From the NCBI GenBank assembly GCA_903879985.1, contig CAIRNR010000004.1, forward strand, positions 96,762 through 160,761: DNA of 64,000 bases, in the 5' to 3' direction. Position 1 is the stretch's first letter; the number at the start of each line of letters is the position of its first letter. A program made the position numbers and the translations under genes. Positions 31,191 to 40,466 of this stretch are shown in pieces. Below the pieces are notes generated by a model that worked only from the letters and a program-made list of their open reading frames with translations, searched no databases and had not been told where the DNA came from. Source of the DNA: an uncultured candidate division WWE3 bacterium (GTDB lineage: Bacteria; Patescibacteriota; WWE3; UBA101185; UBA10185).

Positions 31191-31225
31191 GAGTGCCAGT
31201 GCGCGGACAAGGTCGCAACGCTGGC
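31191..31225 (-). repeat. tRNA-leader hairpin element, copy 2
   Basis: GCCAGCG-TTGCGACCTTGTCCGCG-CACTGGC-ACTC; related to 18862..18895. Confidence 0.7.
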
Positions 31226-31459
31226 TAAAAACTTAGGCTGACCATAAAAAAATCTTAAGATCAGCCCTTACCAAAATAATGTCATCGTCTCCCCGTTTTT
31301 TTACCTCGAGTATTTCCACTTCTGATTACTGCCGAATGTTCTATCTTTGAATTTCTGTAAACCAATTTCTGACGAACGCCTATGGTTTTACTTGCAGCAG
31401 CTTGATCACATTGTGGCAATTTAGTCGACATAAACTCTCCTTTGATAGATTTTCGTACA

Positions 31460-32086
31460 TCATAACATAAGAAGTTCGTTAGGTTTACTGATTATAAAAT
31501 CGGGATTAGATTGCTTTAATACTTGCTCACTATTTAGTCCCCAAGTTACCGAACAAGCGTGAATTCCGGCTTTTCTTGCGGCATCAATGTCGCGAGTTTC
31601 ATCACCAATATATACAGTTTCCAATGGGTTTAGATTATATTTTTTGAGAACACGCCTCAGTACTTTGTCTTTACCAAAAACATGAATTGAGCTGTCTACA
31701 AAGTCAAAGATTGGCATATTATTCTTTTCCAAAAACTTTTTCACAGGCTTTTTTCGACTGGATGTAACTATTCCAATAACACATTCAGCGCTTTTTAGGT
31801 ATTCTAAAGTTTCTTTCATATCAAAAACAGCTTCTGAATTTGGAATTTCTTTGCTTAAACCGTTTAAGAACAAAAACGTAAAATAGAATAGTTGAATTTT
31901 TGAAAGGTGTAATTGCGCGTAAAGATCACGCGAACTTAAATTTCTTATTTCCTCGATACTTGGTAAATCACCTTTTATAATTTTGTAGCGAGAATTAATA
32001 TCTTTCGCAACTGCCAACGACGTATACAACGTATTAGCAATAGTGCCGTCAAAATCAAAAATATAGTTTTTAAATCTTAAATCCAC
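31460..32086 (-). CDS. HAD-family hydrolase (Gph-like)
   Basis: FDFDGT, VTSS, K, YIGDETRD. Confidence 0.9.
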   Translation of the reverse strand: MDLRFKNYIFDFDGTIANTLYTSLAVAKDINSRYKIIKGDLPSIEEIRNLSSRDLYAQLHLSKIQLFYFTFLFLNGLSKEIPNSEAVFDMKETLEYLKSAECVIGIVTSSRKKPVKKFLEKNNMPIFDFVDSSIHVFGKDKVLRRVLKKYNLNPLETVYIGDETRDIDAARKAGIHACSVTWGLNSEQVLKQSNPDFIISKPNELLML

Positions 32087-32090
32087 AAGT

Positions 32091-32861
32091 TTAGTCTACA
32101 ACTTTTATGTCGACAGTTGTAATCTTTACAGGACTCACGGGTTTGGATTTTTCACCTTGAGGTTGATATGTAACTTCTGCTGTAGCGATTTTATCAACGG
32201 CATCCATACCTTTTGTTACTTTTCCAAAAATAACGTAGTTTTTGGGAAGAGCTGCATCTTTATGCATGATGAAAAACTGACTTCCGTTGGTATTTGCTCC
32301 TGCATTTGCCATAGCAACTGTACCTCTGGTGTATTCTCCATCAATAACTTCATCGTCAAATCTATAACCTGGACCACCTGAACCGGTACCTGTTGGGTCA
32401 CCGCCTTGGATCATAAATCCTGAGATAACTCTGTGAAATATTGTGTTGTCGTAGAATTTAACATTAGCTAAAGCTATAAAATTATTTACAGTATATGGAG
32501 TTTTACTGGCATTAAATTGAATTGTTATATCACCTGCGGTTGTATGCAAAACTGCAGAGTAAGTTTTTGTCTTATCTATTGTGAGTGGTGGCATAGTTTT
32601 TCCCATTGGATTAAATGGTATAACTTGAGCGGTACTTGGGCCTGAGGTAGAACTGGAATCTGGACTAGAAGTTGGCTGAATATCTGTTGGTGTTGGCATT
32701 TTTTGATCTCCTTGAGAAGTTAAATTAAGTAAATTATCTTGAGATGCGCTAGTTTGCTCCACTGAATTGGTTTCTTTTGGAGTAGTGCTCGCATTGTAAA
32801 TTAAGATTCCGCTTATGAGTAAAACTATTACGGTAAGAAATACTGCATGTTTCGTATTCAT
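32091..32861 (-). CDS. Membrane-anchored cyclophilin-type PPIase
   Basis: FHRVISGFMIQGGDP, MANAG.NTNGSQFF. Confidence 0.93.
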   Translation of the reverse strand: MNTKHAVFLTVIVLLISGILIYNASTTPKETNSVEQTSASQDNLLNLTSQGDQKMPTPTDIQPTSSPDSSSTSGPSTAQVIPFNPMGKTMPPLTIDKTKTYSAVLHTTAGDITIQFNASKTPYTVNNFIALANVKFYDNTIFHRVISGFMIQGGDPTGTGSGGPGYRFDDEVIDGEYTRGTVAMANAGANTNGSQFFIMHKDAALPKNYVIFGKVTKGMDAVDKIATAEVTYQPQGEKSKPVSPVKITTVDIKVVD

Positions 32862-33004
32862 AAGTAACTATTTTAGCACAAGAAATTAGTAAAAATAAAC
32901 GGGTGGGTTTGTAGCAATTCTGCGATATTTGACCTATAGCTGTAGTTGGTTTAAAATCGCTCCAATAGTTCAACCCAATTAAAAATGAAAGTGGAGGAGT
33001 TAAG

Positions 33005-33202
33005 ATGGCAACTTTAGGTGGAAAAGAATATAAGTGTAAGGACTGCGGGCAGATATCGTATGAGCAAAAATTGAAATCACAGAGAATTTGGAAAAAATCT
33101 CAGGTACTTGCCTGCTTATTTTGTGGCAGTAAAAATCTGAAACTCCAGGAAGTCACTAATGACTGGTGCCATTCTATAAAATGTATGATCGGCGGAAATT
33201 AA
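33005..33202 (+). CDS. Small zinc-ribbon protein
   Basis: CKDCG...CLFCGS; SD ggagg. Confidence 0.65.
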   Translation: MATLGGKEYKCKDCGQISYEQKLKSQRIWKKSQVLACLFCGSKNLKLQEVTNDWCHSIKCMIGGN

Positions 33203-33238
33203 ATAACCAGCAACAATATACAATTAAGGAGATATGCA

Positions 33239-33646
33239 ATGCTAGGAAAGGTCAGAAAGGGGTTTTTGTATGTTAAAATCCCCGGTTTCATATTAAACCG
33301 AAACCTAAAACATACGGCAACGTTATTTTTTGCACCATACGAAGATTTAAATGAAAAATCAAAAGGCACAATAATAACGATTGCGCTAATAAAGGATCAT
33401 GAGTGCACGAGATTCATTAATAGGTGGGATGTTGCACCTGGCTACGGACTTTTCAAAGGTAATGGAATGATCCGCAGAGCCACTGATGCGGACATTCAGG
33501 ATTTTTTGGAGGCACCAACAAAGGCGGCTTCTGTTTCTAATACGACCTGGGCAGAAAATGTGTCACGGTTAGTCGAGTTAGAAGCTGGAGAAAAGGAACG
33601 TGTAAAAAAAGTTGCTAGTGCCGTAAAGTTTGGGGTCGTGGTTTGA
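33239..33646 (+). CDS. Hypothetical protein
   Basis: SD aaggag; 135-aa ORF. Confidence 0.6.
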   Translation: MLGKVRKGFLYVKIPGFILNRNLKHTATLFFAPYEDLNEKSKGTIITIALIKDHECTRFINRWDVAPGYGLFKGNGMIRRATDADIQDFLEAPTKAASVSNTTWAENVSRLVELEAGEKERVKKVASAVKFGVVV

Positions 33647-33660
33647 AGTTTTTTAAGTTT

Positions 33661-33707
33661 AGAGCTCTCGTATTTTGCTAAAAGTTATATGCAAATACGG
33701 GAGCTTT
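33661..33707. terminator. Long hairpin, probable terminator
   Basis: agagctctcgtattttgc...gcaaatacgggagcttt. Confidence 0.6.
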
Positions 33708-33714
33708 ATTTTCA

Positions 33715-33789
33715 TGGTGAGGACGGAGGGATTCGGACCCTCGACAAATCGGTTAAGAGCCGATTGCTCTACCACTGAGCTACGTCCCC
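33715..33789 (-). tRNA. tRNA-Lys(CTT)
   Basis: GGGGACG/CGTCCTC; ATCGG-CTCTTAA-CCGAT; T-loop TCCGAAT; CCA. Confidence 0.9.
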
Positions 33790-33842
33790 AATCGAAACAT
33801 TATAATACCAAAATTGCGTAAAATGAAGTAAAATGGCGTCCA

Positions 33843-34895
33843 ATGGCAAACCAGATCAACTTTTTACAACCAAAAACCCGCGAAGCTAAGATCGAAGAGA
33901 TACTTAATCGCTACAATCAGCCGGAATACCGCCTTAAACAGGTGTTCGAAGCTATTTACAAAAAACACGTTAAAACCTACGACGAAATAACAACTCTTTC
34001 AAAGGAACTACGCGAAGATTTTAAAAACGAGCTTGGAGATATACTAACACTAAAACCGATCGCCATCACTACCGACGAATTTACCGAAAAAGTACTATTT
34101 GAAACTATCGACGGAAGCAAAATTGAGGCCGTAAAAATCAAATATAAAGATCACACCTCATTATGTGTTTCTTCACAAGCTGGTTGCGCATTAGGATGTA
34201 AATTTTGTGCTACAGGAACCTTGGGTTTTAGAAAGAACTTGAGTCCCGACGAAATTTGCGACCAACTTCTCTACTTCATTCAAAAAGGTGAAAAAATAGA
34301 TACGATCGTATTTATGGGTATGGGTGAACCTTTTGCTAACCCACAATTGTTTGACGCACTAGCCATGCTTACAGATCCAGATTATTTTGGATTAGGTCAA
34401 AGAAAAATTAGTGTTTCTACAGTCGGACTTATTCCCGGTATTCAAAGACTCGCAAAGGAATTTCCACAAATAAACTTAGCCTACTCATTACATTCGGCTT
34501 TTCACGAACAAAGAATGGAATTAATGCCAGTTGCCAAAGTTTACCCTGCCGAAGCAGTTTTTATTGAATTAAAAGATTATATTGAACAAACAAATCGAAA
34601 AGTTTTCATTGCTTACTTATTAATCAAAGGCGTTAACGATTCACCTGAACATGCTAAAGCACTGGCAGCTCTAATTAAAAAACAAGGTCCTAAGTCTTAT
34701 CTTTATCATATTAACTTAATTAAATTCCATGAAAGTGATGTTGTTAAAGGAATGAAAAAACCCGATGAAACAGCAGTTGAACGTTTTAGTACCGTTTTAA
34801 TGCATCGCGGAATAGCTTATACACTACGACAAAGTTTTGGTGAAGAAATTGACGCAGCTTGTGGTCAATTGTTTGCAAAGAATAGAAAAAAGTAA
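33843..34895 (+). CDS. Cfr/RlmN-family radical-SAM rRNA methyltransferase, Cfr-like
   Basis: CALGCKFC, MGMGEP, SLH, IDAACGQL. Confidence 0.92.
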   Translation: MANQINFLQPKTREAKIEEILNRYNQPEYRLKQVFEAIYKKHVKTYDEITTLSKELREDFKNELGDILTLKPIAITTDEFTEKVLFETIDGSKIEAVKIKYKDHTSLCVSSQAGCALGCKFCATGTLGFRKNLSPDEICDQLLYFIQKGEKIDTIVFMGMGEPFANPQLFDALAMLTDPDYFGLGQRKISVSTVGLIPGIQRLAKEFPQINLAYSLHSAFHEQRMELMPVAKVYPAEAVFIELKDYIEQTNRKVFIAYLLIKGVNDSPEHAKALAALIKKQGPKSYLYHINLIKFHESDVVKGMKKPDETAVERFSTVLMHRGIAYTLRQSFGEEIDAACGQLFAKNRKK

Positions 34896-34980
34896 AAAGG
34901 TGAAAACGCAGGCACATAGTTATTTGTGCGGGATAGAATTTTTTAGGTTCTAGTTTTCACATCTCCCATTTAAAACATAT

Positions 34981-35397
34981 TTAGGCTTTATTGGTGATGT
35001 TAGCCAAGAAATCCAGGTACCACTTTTGTAACTCGTTTCCCTGGGCATCTTTACCTGAAAACAAGGCTGTGTTGGCAACGTCAGCTAATTGCTTAACGCT
35101 GTCGGGATTGTTACGATCGAATGTGTCCGGGTCGTATCCAAGCGCACTGAACAATCTTCGCTGGGCCGTGGCGTCGAGTGTAACTTTGCCGGGTTTTATG
35201 GTTACGCCCTCAAACTGACATTCAGGTTTAAAACCATGTTCTGCGAGCCAACTAAGAGCCTGTTGAATTTTGTTGGCCTGCGTTACACCAATGATTCCCT
35301 CATTTTGATCCCTAACGATAACCGCGGCACAAATGGAACAAGCCATCTGTTCCATGAGCATAGGATTAACGCGTTGTCCTACAAGTATTTGGTACAT
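34981..35397 (-). CDS. Hypothetical protein with 'A..WL.EHG' domain
   Basis: SD aaggag before ATG 35397. Confidence 0.6.
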   Translation of the reverse strand: MYQILVGQRVNPMLMEQMACSICAAVIVRDQNEGIIGVTQANKIQQALSWLAEHGFKPECQFEGVTIKPGKVTLDATAQRRLFSALGYDPDTFDRNNPDSVKQLADVANTALFSGKDAQGNELQKWYLDFLANITNKA

Positions 35398-35408
35398 CTT
35401 GCGCTCCT

Positions 35409-35611
35409 TTAACCTGCAATAACTTTTGCGTTTGGAAAGCCATGTTCCTTGAGCCAGGCGATTGCTTTTGCCGGTTCTTTGGTTTCGACAATCATTGTAC
35501 CGGTATCCGAATTTGTGATGCGCGTATAACGTTGAGCGCAGCAGCGAATACAGCAGACATAAGCGTAGGAAGTTTTCCTCCAGCCTCAATGACTACTTCG
35601 TCTTCATTCAT
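35409..35611 (-). pseudogene. Frameshifted small paralog (AIAWLKEHGF)
   Basis: Removing one GC from atacgcgcatc joins MNEDEVV...NVIR to ITNSDTG...AWLKEHGFPNAKVIAG. Confidence 0.5.
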
Positions 35612-35837
35612 AACGAACCCCGTTTCTGGAAACCATATTTGCCGTTAAGCCGTTAGCCAAGAACCAATTTTCTGCCGTCTCGATGCTTTTAGCATAAAAC
35701 GAAATCGTTCTTGCGCCGGCGTGTTGAAAGATTGCACCTCTTTCCACAACAAGCGCAAAAGCCTTGAGCTCTTCATTTGAGAGCATGCGATTAAGCGAAA
35801 ACACAAATAAAAGCTTTCGTGTTGCTTTTTTAGCCAT
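35604..35837 (-). CDS. Small hypothetical protein
   Basis: SD aaggagg; upstream TATAAT; AENWFLANG motif. Confidence 0.6.
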   Translation of the reverse strand: MAKKATRKLLFVFSLNRMLSNEELKAFALVVERGAIFQHAGARTISFYAKSIETAENWFLANGLTANMVSRNGVRYE

Positions 35838-35899
35838 TTACTCCTCCTTATATTTATAAGATTTTACGAGATTATACTACTTGGGTTACAAAAAGTTTA

Positions 35900-36064
35900 T
35901 CTGGTGCGCCTGGAGGGAATCGGTCACCGGTTCTCGCTTGCTAGCTCGTCCGTCGACCCCGCCTCAGTCGCCTTCGCTCCTTGCGGCTTTCTCATCCCCT
36001 GGCGAAGACAGCTAGCTACCACCTTCGGTGATATCTACCTGTCTGGTGCGCCTGGAGGGAATCG
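35900..36064. mobile_element. att-like 23-bp duplication of the tRNA-Arg 3' end enclosing a palindromic ~120-bp insert
   Basis: tctggtgcgcctggagggaatcg at 35900-35922 and 36042-36064. Confidence 0.65.
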
Positions 36065-36119
36065 AACCCCCAATGACTTGTTCCGAAGACAAGTGCCTTA
36101 TCCGTTAGGCCACAGGCGC
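36044..36119 (-). tRNA. tRNA-Arg(TCG)
   Basis: GCGCCTG/CAGGCGC; CTTGT-CTTCGGA-ACAAG; GGTTCGATTCC; CCA. Confidence 0.93.
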
Positions 36120-36202
36120 ATAATTTAAATTACATACTAACTAACGTCACCATTATACACGTCAAACTAACACGCTAGCTACATACATGCTAAAATAATG
36201 CC

Positions 36203-36637
36203 ATGGAAAAGTTCAAAAAGATTTTGCCAATTATCTACGTTTTAACGTTGGTTTTAGGCGGACTTTATATAAATTCCGTACTTAAAGAGGGAAACCTAAC
36301 AGTAGGTACCAAGTCCAAACAAACCCAAGAAGAAGCGCACCCCGCGGTAGCGTATCTTGACGTAGAAGACGGTAAATCTGTAGTTACATACCGCGTACGC
36401 ATGGAAACTATCAATACAGTAAACGATTTATTGTTACAGCTACATGATAAAAATGGTTTTATGTTCGAGAAAATATCTTATACCTCGGGTACAGTTATAG
36501 ACTTAGTAAATGGAAAAACTGCCCCACAAGGTTACGCATGGAAACTATTTATTGGTGACAAAGACATTACCGGAAATATAGAAAACACTGACTTGATAGA
36601 CGAACAACATTACACTCTTAAACTACTCAAATCTTAA
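36203..36637 (+). CDS. Membrane-anchored DUF4430-like protein
   Basis: TM helix; Y..G..ID.VNG.....AW..F motif. Confidence 0.6.
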   Translation: MEKFKKILPIIYVLTLVLGGLYINSVLKEGNLTVGTKSKQTQEEAHPAVAYLDVEDGKSVVTYRVRMETINTVNDLLLQLHDKNGFMFEKISYTSGTVIDLVNGKTAPQGYAWKLFIGDKDITGNIENTDLIDEQHYTLKLLKS

Positions 36638-37801
36638 AGCTTCTATTGGATCTTTTTTACTAGCGTTAACGGCAGGATAAGTTCCGAACACCACACCAAC
36701 GGTTAACGAGAACCCCAAGGCCAATACAATAGCCCACCACGGCACTTCCGCCCGGACAAACGACTGGACTGCAAAGGTGGCTAACCAACCTAATCCTAAA
36801 CCAACCAGGCCGCCTAAAACGCTTAACAAAACTGACTCAATAACAAACTGTAAACCAATATTTCCAGACGTTGCTCCAAGTGCCTTTCTTAAACCAATTT
36901 CCCGCGTACGTTCGGTTACGGAAACAAGCATGATATTCATAATACCTATGCCTCCTACCAACAACGAGATTCCGGCAATAGCTCCCAAACCAACCGAAAC
37001 CATGCTCAAGATATTATTGATAGAAGTTAAAATATCTTTGGAAGAAAACACGGTAAAGTCATCTTTTTTTAAATCTTTCATTAAAATAAGTTCAGTTTCT
37101 TTAATAACTGTATCAACATCTCCGGCATTTTTTGTTTTTAAAACGATGCTACTTATATTTGTAAGGTTAAAGGCATTTTCTGTGGTTTTAATCGGCATGT
37201 AAATACGATCGTCAAAACTGCTTCCCTTAGACGCAACAGTACCAATGACTTGAAACGTTTCTTTTTCTACTTTAATTCTTTCGCCAATCGGACTTCGTGT
37301 ACCAAAAAGTTGCTTAACTACTTCAGATCCAAGTACGACAACACGCGCTTTAGCAGTATCTTCAGCATCTGTATAAAATCTACCTTTATCTACATTTAAT
37401 GCCCCTATATCAACTACAGACTGCGTAGTTCCAAAAATTGTAGATAGATAAGTTTTTGTTTTATATGTAGCATCTTTGGATAAACGTATTGATGGTGCGA
37501 TTGCTAAAACTTTATCGCTGGAGTTTAACTTAAGCAGGTCGTAATGTTTGTTTTCAAGTTTATTACTCGAATAAGCTTTGGAAGGATCGCCGGTTGTAAT
37601 TCCACCGGGACCTACAATTACTGTATTGGAACCTAATGCGCTAAATTGATCGGTGATGTAATTTTGAAAACCTTGAACTACTGAAACCAACGTAACAACA
37701 GAAAACACACCAATAATAACGCCGAGCATTGTTAAAAATGAACGTGCTTTATTTAAAAGTAATGCATTAATTGCTGTTTTTAGAGTTTCAAGTAGGTGCA
37801 T
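36623..37801 (-). CDS. MacB-like ABC transporter permease
   Basis: RSFLTMLGVIIG, GGIGIMNIMLVSVTERTREIGLRKALGA, DPIEALRFE. Confidence 0.93.
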   Translation of the reverse strand: MHLLETLKTAINALLLNKARSFLTMLGVIIGVFSVVTLVSVVQGFQNYITDQFSALGSNTVIVGPGGITTGDPSKAYSSNKLENKHYDLLKLNSSDKVLAIAPSIRLSKDATYKTKTYLSTIFGTTQSVVDIGALNVDKGRFYTDAEDTAKARVVVLGSEVVKQLFGTRSPIGERIKVEKETFQVIGTVASKGSSFDDRIYMPIKTTENAFNLTNISSIVLKTKNAGDVDTVIKETELILMKDLKKDDFTVFSSKDILTSINNILSMVSVGLGAIAGISLLVGGIGIMNIMLVSVTERTREIGLRKALGATSGNIGLQFVIESVLLSVLGGLVGLGLGWLATFAVQSFVRAEVPWWAIVLALGFSLTVGVVFGTYPAVNASKKDPIEALRFE

Positions 37802-37819
37802 ATAAGTTAATAAGGCTAC

Positions 37820-38494
37820 TTAATTTTCAACTACACAACCATCGTGCATAACTATTCGGCGTTGCGCGATTTTAGCTAAGTCTTCATCGTGAGTAACAAG
37901 AATAATAGTTTTACCCTGGGCGTTTAAATCCAAAAACTTTTTAACTATTTCGTCGCCTGTTTTCGAATCCAAATTTCCAGTAGGTTCGTCTGCCATTATT
38001 AGTGCCGGATCATTAACAAGCGCACGTGCAATTGCCACGCGTTGTTTTTGTCCACCAGAAAGTTCATTTGATTTATTGTGAATACGATTTTCCAAACCTA
38101 CCAACTTAATCATTTCCATAGTTTTGTCCATCCATTTTGACGCTGGAACATTGCTGTATTTTAGTGGGAGCATTACGTTGTCCAACACACTGGTACGCTG
38201 TAAAAGATTAAATGATTGAAAAACAAAACCGATTTCGTTGTTTCTAACTTTTGCTAATTGCTTTTCCTTAAGTCCTTTTGTGTTTGTTCCGTTAATAATT
38301 ACTTCTCCGGAGCTTGGCGTGTCTAGTAAACCTAAAATATGCATCAATGTGGATTTACCTGATCCCGACTTTCCTACAATCGCCACAAACTCTCCCTGAT
38401 TAATCAAAACAGACACACCTTTTAAGGCTTCTATTCTTTCTTCGCCTAAATCATATATTTTGTATACTTCTGTTGCTTGAATTATTGCTGACAT
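37820..38494 (-). CDS. LolD/MacB-type ABC ATPase
   Basis: GKSGSGKS, LSGGQKQR, ADEPTGNLD. Confidence 0.95.
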   Translation of the reverse strand: MSAIIQATEVYKIYDLGEERIEALKGVSVLINQGEFVAIVGKSGSGKSTLMHILGLLDTPSSGEVIINGTNTKGLKEKQLAKVRNNEIGFVFQSFNLLQRTSVLDNVMLPLKYSNVPASKWMDKTMEMIKLVGLENRIHNKSNELSGGQKQRVAIARALVNDPALIMADEPTGNLDSKTGDEIVKKFLDLNAQGKTIILVTHDEDLAKIAQRRIVMHDGCVVEN

Positions 38495-38510
38495 TTGATT
38501 TAACCTAATC

Positions 38511-39572
38511 CTAGTTTAGTATTTGCGCGTTATAACCATCATCGATTTTTGCGTCTTTTTGTGGCACAACAATTTGCTCGCTGATTGGAGTCTTAACTTC
38601 GGTATAAACATCGCCTTCTAAACCGGTTTCAATATATTGTTTGTACAATTTTTTATTTCTTACGACCCAAACGTATGGTTTTTGATCAATATCAAAGAAT
38701 ATTTCATCGGCCGTAAGAGCACTAACTTCCGTTTGAGTTGTTTGCAAAATTATGTAAGCATCACCGGTCATACCAAGCTTAATAGAATGTGCAGAATCTG
38801 GTGTAACGTTGATTTTAACTACAAAGTTATCAGTGGTTGAATCTGCGTATAAAGGTAAGGTGTTAACTTTTCCTTTAAAAGAAAATCCAACAAAAGAATC
38901 CAGCTTAACATCAACGTCTTGACCTTCTTTAAGCAAGCCATAGTCTTCCTGACCAACTTGAATTTCAAACATGACATCATTAAGATCGGCTAACTTAACA
39001 ATTGTTTCACCAGCTCCTGCAGTTTCGCCAGGGTCTTTTAATACGTCGACAATAGTTCCATCAAATGGCGCGTACAAAGATGAGTTACCAAGTAAAGCTT
39101 GTTGAGCATTATATGTTGCGTTTGCTTGAGCAACTTGCTCATTTAATTGGCGCAATTTATTTTGATAAGGTGTTTCACCTTTAAGGGCATCAACATTTTG
39201 AGCTTTTTGGTAAATAAACAGTTCACGTTGTCTCTCTAAAATATCTTTTGCACTTTTATATGCTTCAATAGTTTGAGATAGTGACGACGTGTCTAGGTAT
39301 GCAAGAGTTTGACCACGCGTAACTGTATCGCCTTTTTTTACATACACTTGTGAAATCTTACCCATTCCAGGAAATGACATATCCGATTGATTATTTGATT
39401 TTATAGTTCCACTAGCAGAAACCGTTCTTGTAACAACTTTGTTCTCTAGTTGAACCTTTGAAACTATTGTTGTAAGACTTTTTGGTTTAATAAAAAAGAA
39501 CCAGACTACAAAAGCAACAAGAATAATGGGTATGATTTTAAGTAATAATTTCCAAACGTTAAATTTCTTCAT
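38511..39572 (-). CDS. MacA-like membrane fusion protein
   Basis: TM anchor, lipoyl-like halves (V.KGD.V..GQ.LA; APFDG.I) and coiled coil. Confidence 0.9.
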   Translation of the reverse strand: MKKFNVWKLLLKIIPIILVAFVVWFFFIKPKSLTTIVSKVQLENKVVTRTVSASGTIKSNNQSDMSFPGMGKISQVYVKKGDTVTRGQTLAYLDTSSLSQTIEAYKSAKDILERQRELFIYQKAQNVDALKGETPYQNKLRQLNEQVAQANATYNAQQALLGNSSLYAPFDGTIVDVLKDPGETAGAGETIVKLADLNDVMFEIQVGQEDYGLLKEGQDVDVKLDSFVGFSFKGKVNTLPLYADSTTDNFVVKINVTPDSAHSIKLGMTGDAYIILQTTQTEVSALTADEIFFDIDQKPYVWVVRNKKLYKQYIETGLEGDVYTEVKTPISEQIVVPQKDAKIDDGYNAQILN

Positions 39573-39593
39573 ATTAAGTGATATTATTTTAGC

Positions 39594-39968
39594 ATGATTA
39601 ATATTTTTAAGTCACATCATCCTGTCCGACATGCCAAGAGTTTTAAATATGCTTTTGCAGGTATTTTTCATGCATTAATAAACGAACCTAATTTTAGGGT
39701 TGAGGTCGTTATAGTGTCGATAGTTGTAGCTGCGGGTTTGCGTGTGGGTCTATCAAACTTAGAATGGGCGATAATTGTTATTACAATGGGTTGGCTACTC
39801 TCAGCAGAAATGATTAATACCGTTGTTGAAGAAACGGTTGATGCATTTGTTCAAGAATTTCACGAAGCTGCAAAGATTATAAAGGATTTAGCTGCGGGTT
39901 ATGTGTTAATAACAGCATTTGTATCAGGATTCGTGATGCTTTTTATATTTTTTCCACACCTTTGGTAA
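39594..39968 (+). CDS. Undecaprenol/diacylglycerol kinase, DgkA family
   Basis: SFKYAFAG, EPNFR, AEMINT.VE..VD, KD.AAG. Confidence 0.9.
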   Translation: MINIFKSHHPVRHAKSFKYAFAGIFHALINEPNFRVEVVIVSIVVAAGLRVGLSNLEWAIIVITMGWLLSAEMINTVVEETVDAFVQEFHEAAKIIKDLAAGYVLITAFVSGFVMLFIFFPHLW

Positions 39969-40454
39969 AAATCTATCTGCGCAAATCAACAAAGTAAGAT
40001 ATAATCCGCCAAAAAAATATCCTGCTATAACATCCTGAACGTAATGTGCACCAACAAGCACACGAGATATTCCAACCAATGACACAAAATATATGCACAC
40101 AAGTCGCATAAGAGTTATTACCCAATAATTTACCTTTTTAAGTTTAAAAGTTAAGTAAAATACGAATCCCCAGAAAGCCGTATAAAAAACTACATGAGAA
40201 CTTGGAAAACTGTACATATCTCCCAACAAATATGGATTGTAATGAAACATCGGTGGGCGAGGTTCTTTAAAGATTAGTTTTAAAACCGTGGCGTATATAC
40301 CACTGGCAACTGAAAACAATAAAATAAAACCCTCACGAATATACTTTTCCTCTACTAAAAATAGAAAAAGGGCTAACGTTACAACTATTGGCAAAATTCT
40401 ACTGTCACCATAGTCACTAACTATTTTTATTTGATTGATAATAAAGGCAGACAT
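39924..40454 (-). CDS. PAP2-family phosphatase
   Basis: K......RP, SFPSSH, SR..GAHY..D. Confidence 0.88.
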   Translation of the reverse strand: MSAFIINQIKIVSDYGDSRILPIVVTLALFLFLVEEKYIREGFILLFSVASGIYATVLKLIFKEPRPPMFHYNPYLLGDMYSFPSSHVVFYTAFWGFVFYLTFKLKKVNYWVITLMRLVCIYFVSLVGISRVLVGAHYVQDVIAGYFFGGLYLTLLICADRFLPKVWKKYKKHHES

Positions 40455-40466
40455 CGGTTATATTAG

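Noticed and set aside
30929-31228. ORFs 30929..31228, 18678..18860 and 35904..36128
   Set aside because: They overlap tRNA genes and are spurious translations
31250-31432. Possible SD-led small or frameshifted ORF on the minus strand
   Set aside because: About 49 codons with no motif; too weak to call
33005-36064. Prophage between tRNA-Lys and tRNA-Arg
   Set aside because: No integrase, structural or replication genes; the att-like repeats enclose only ~120 bp
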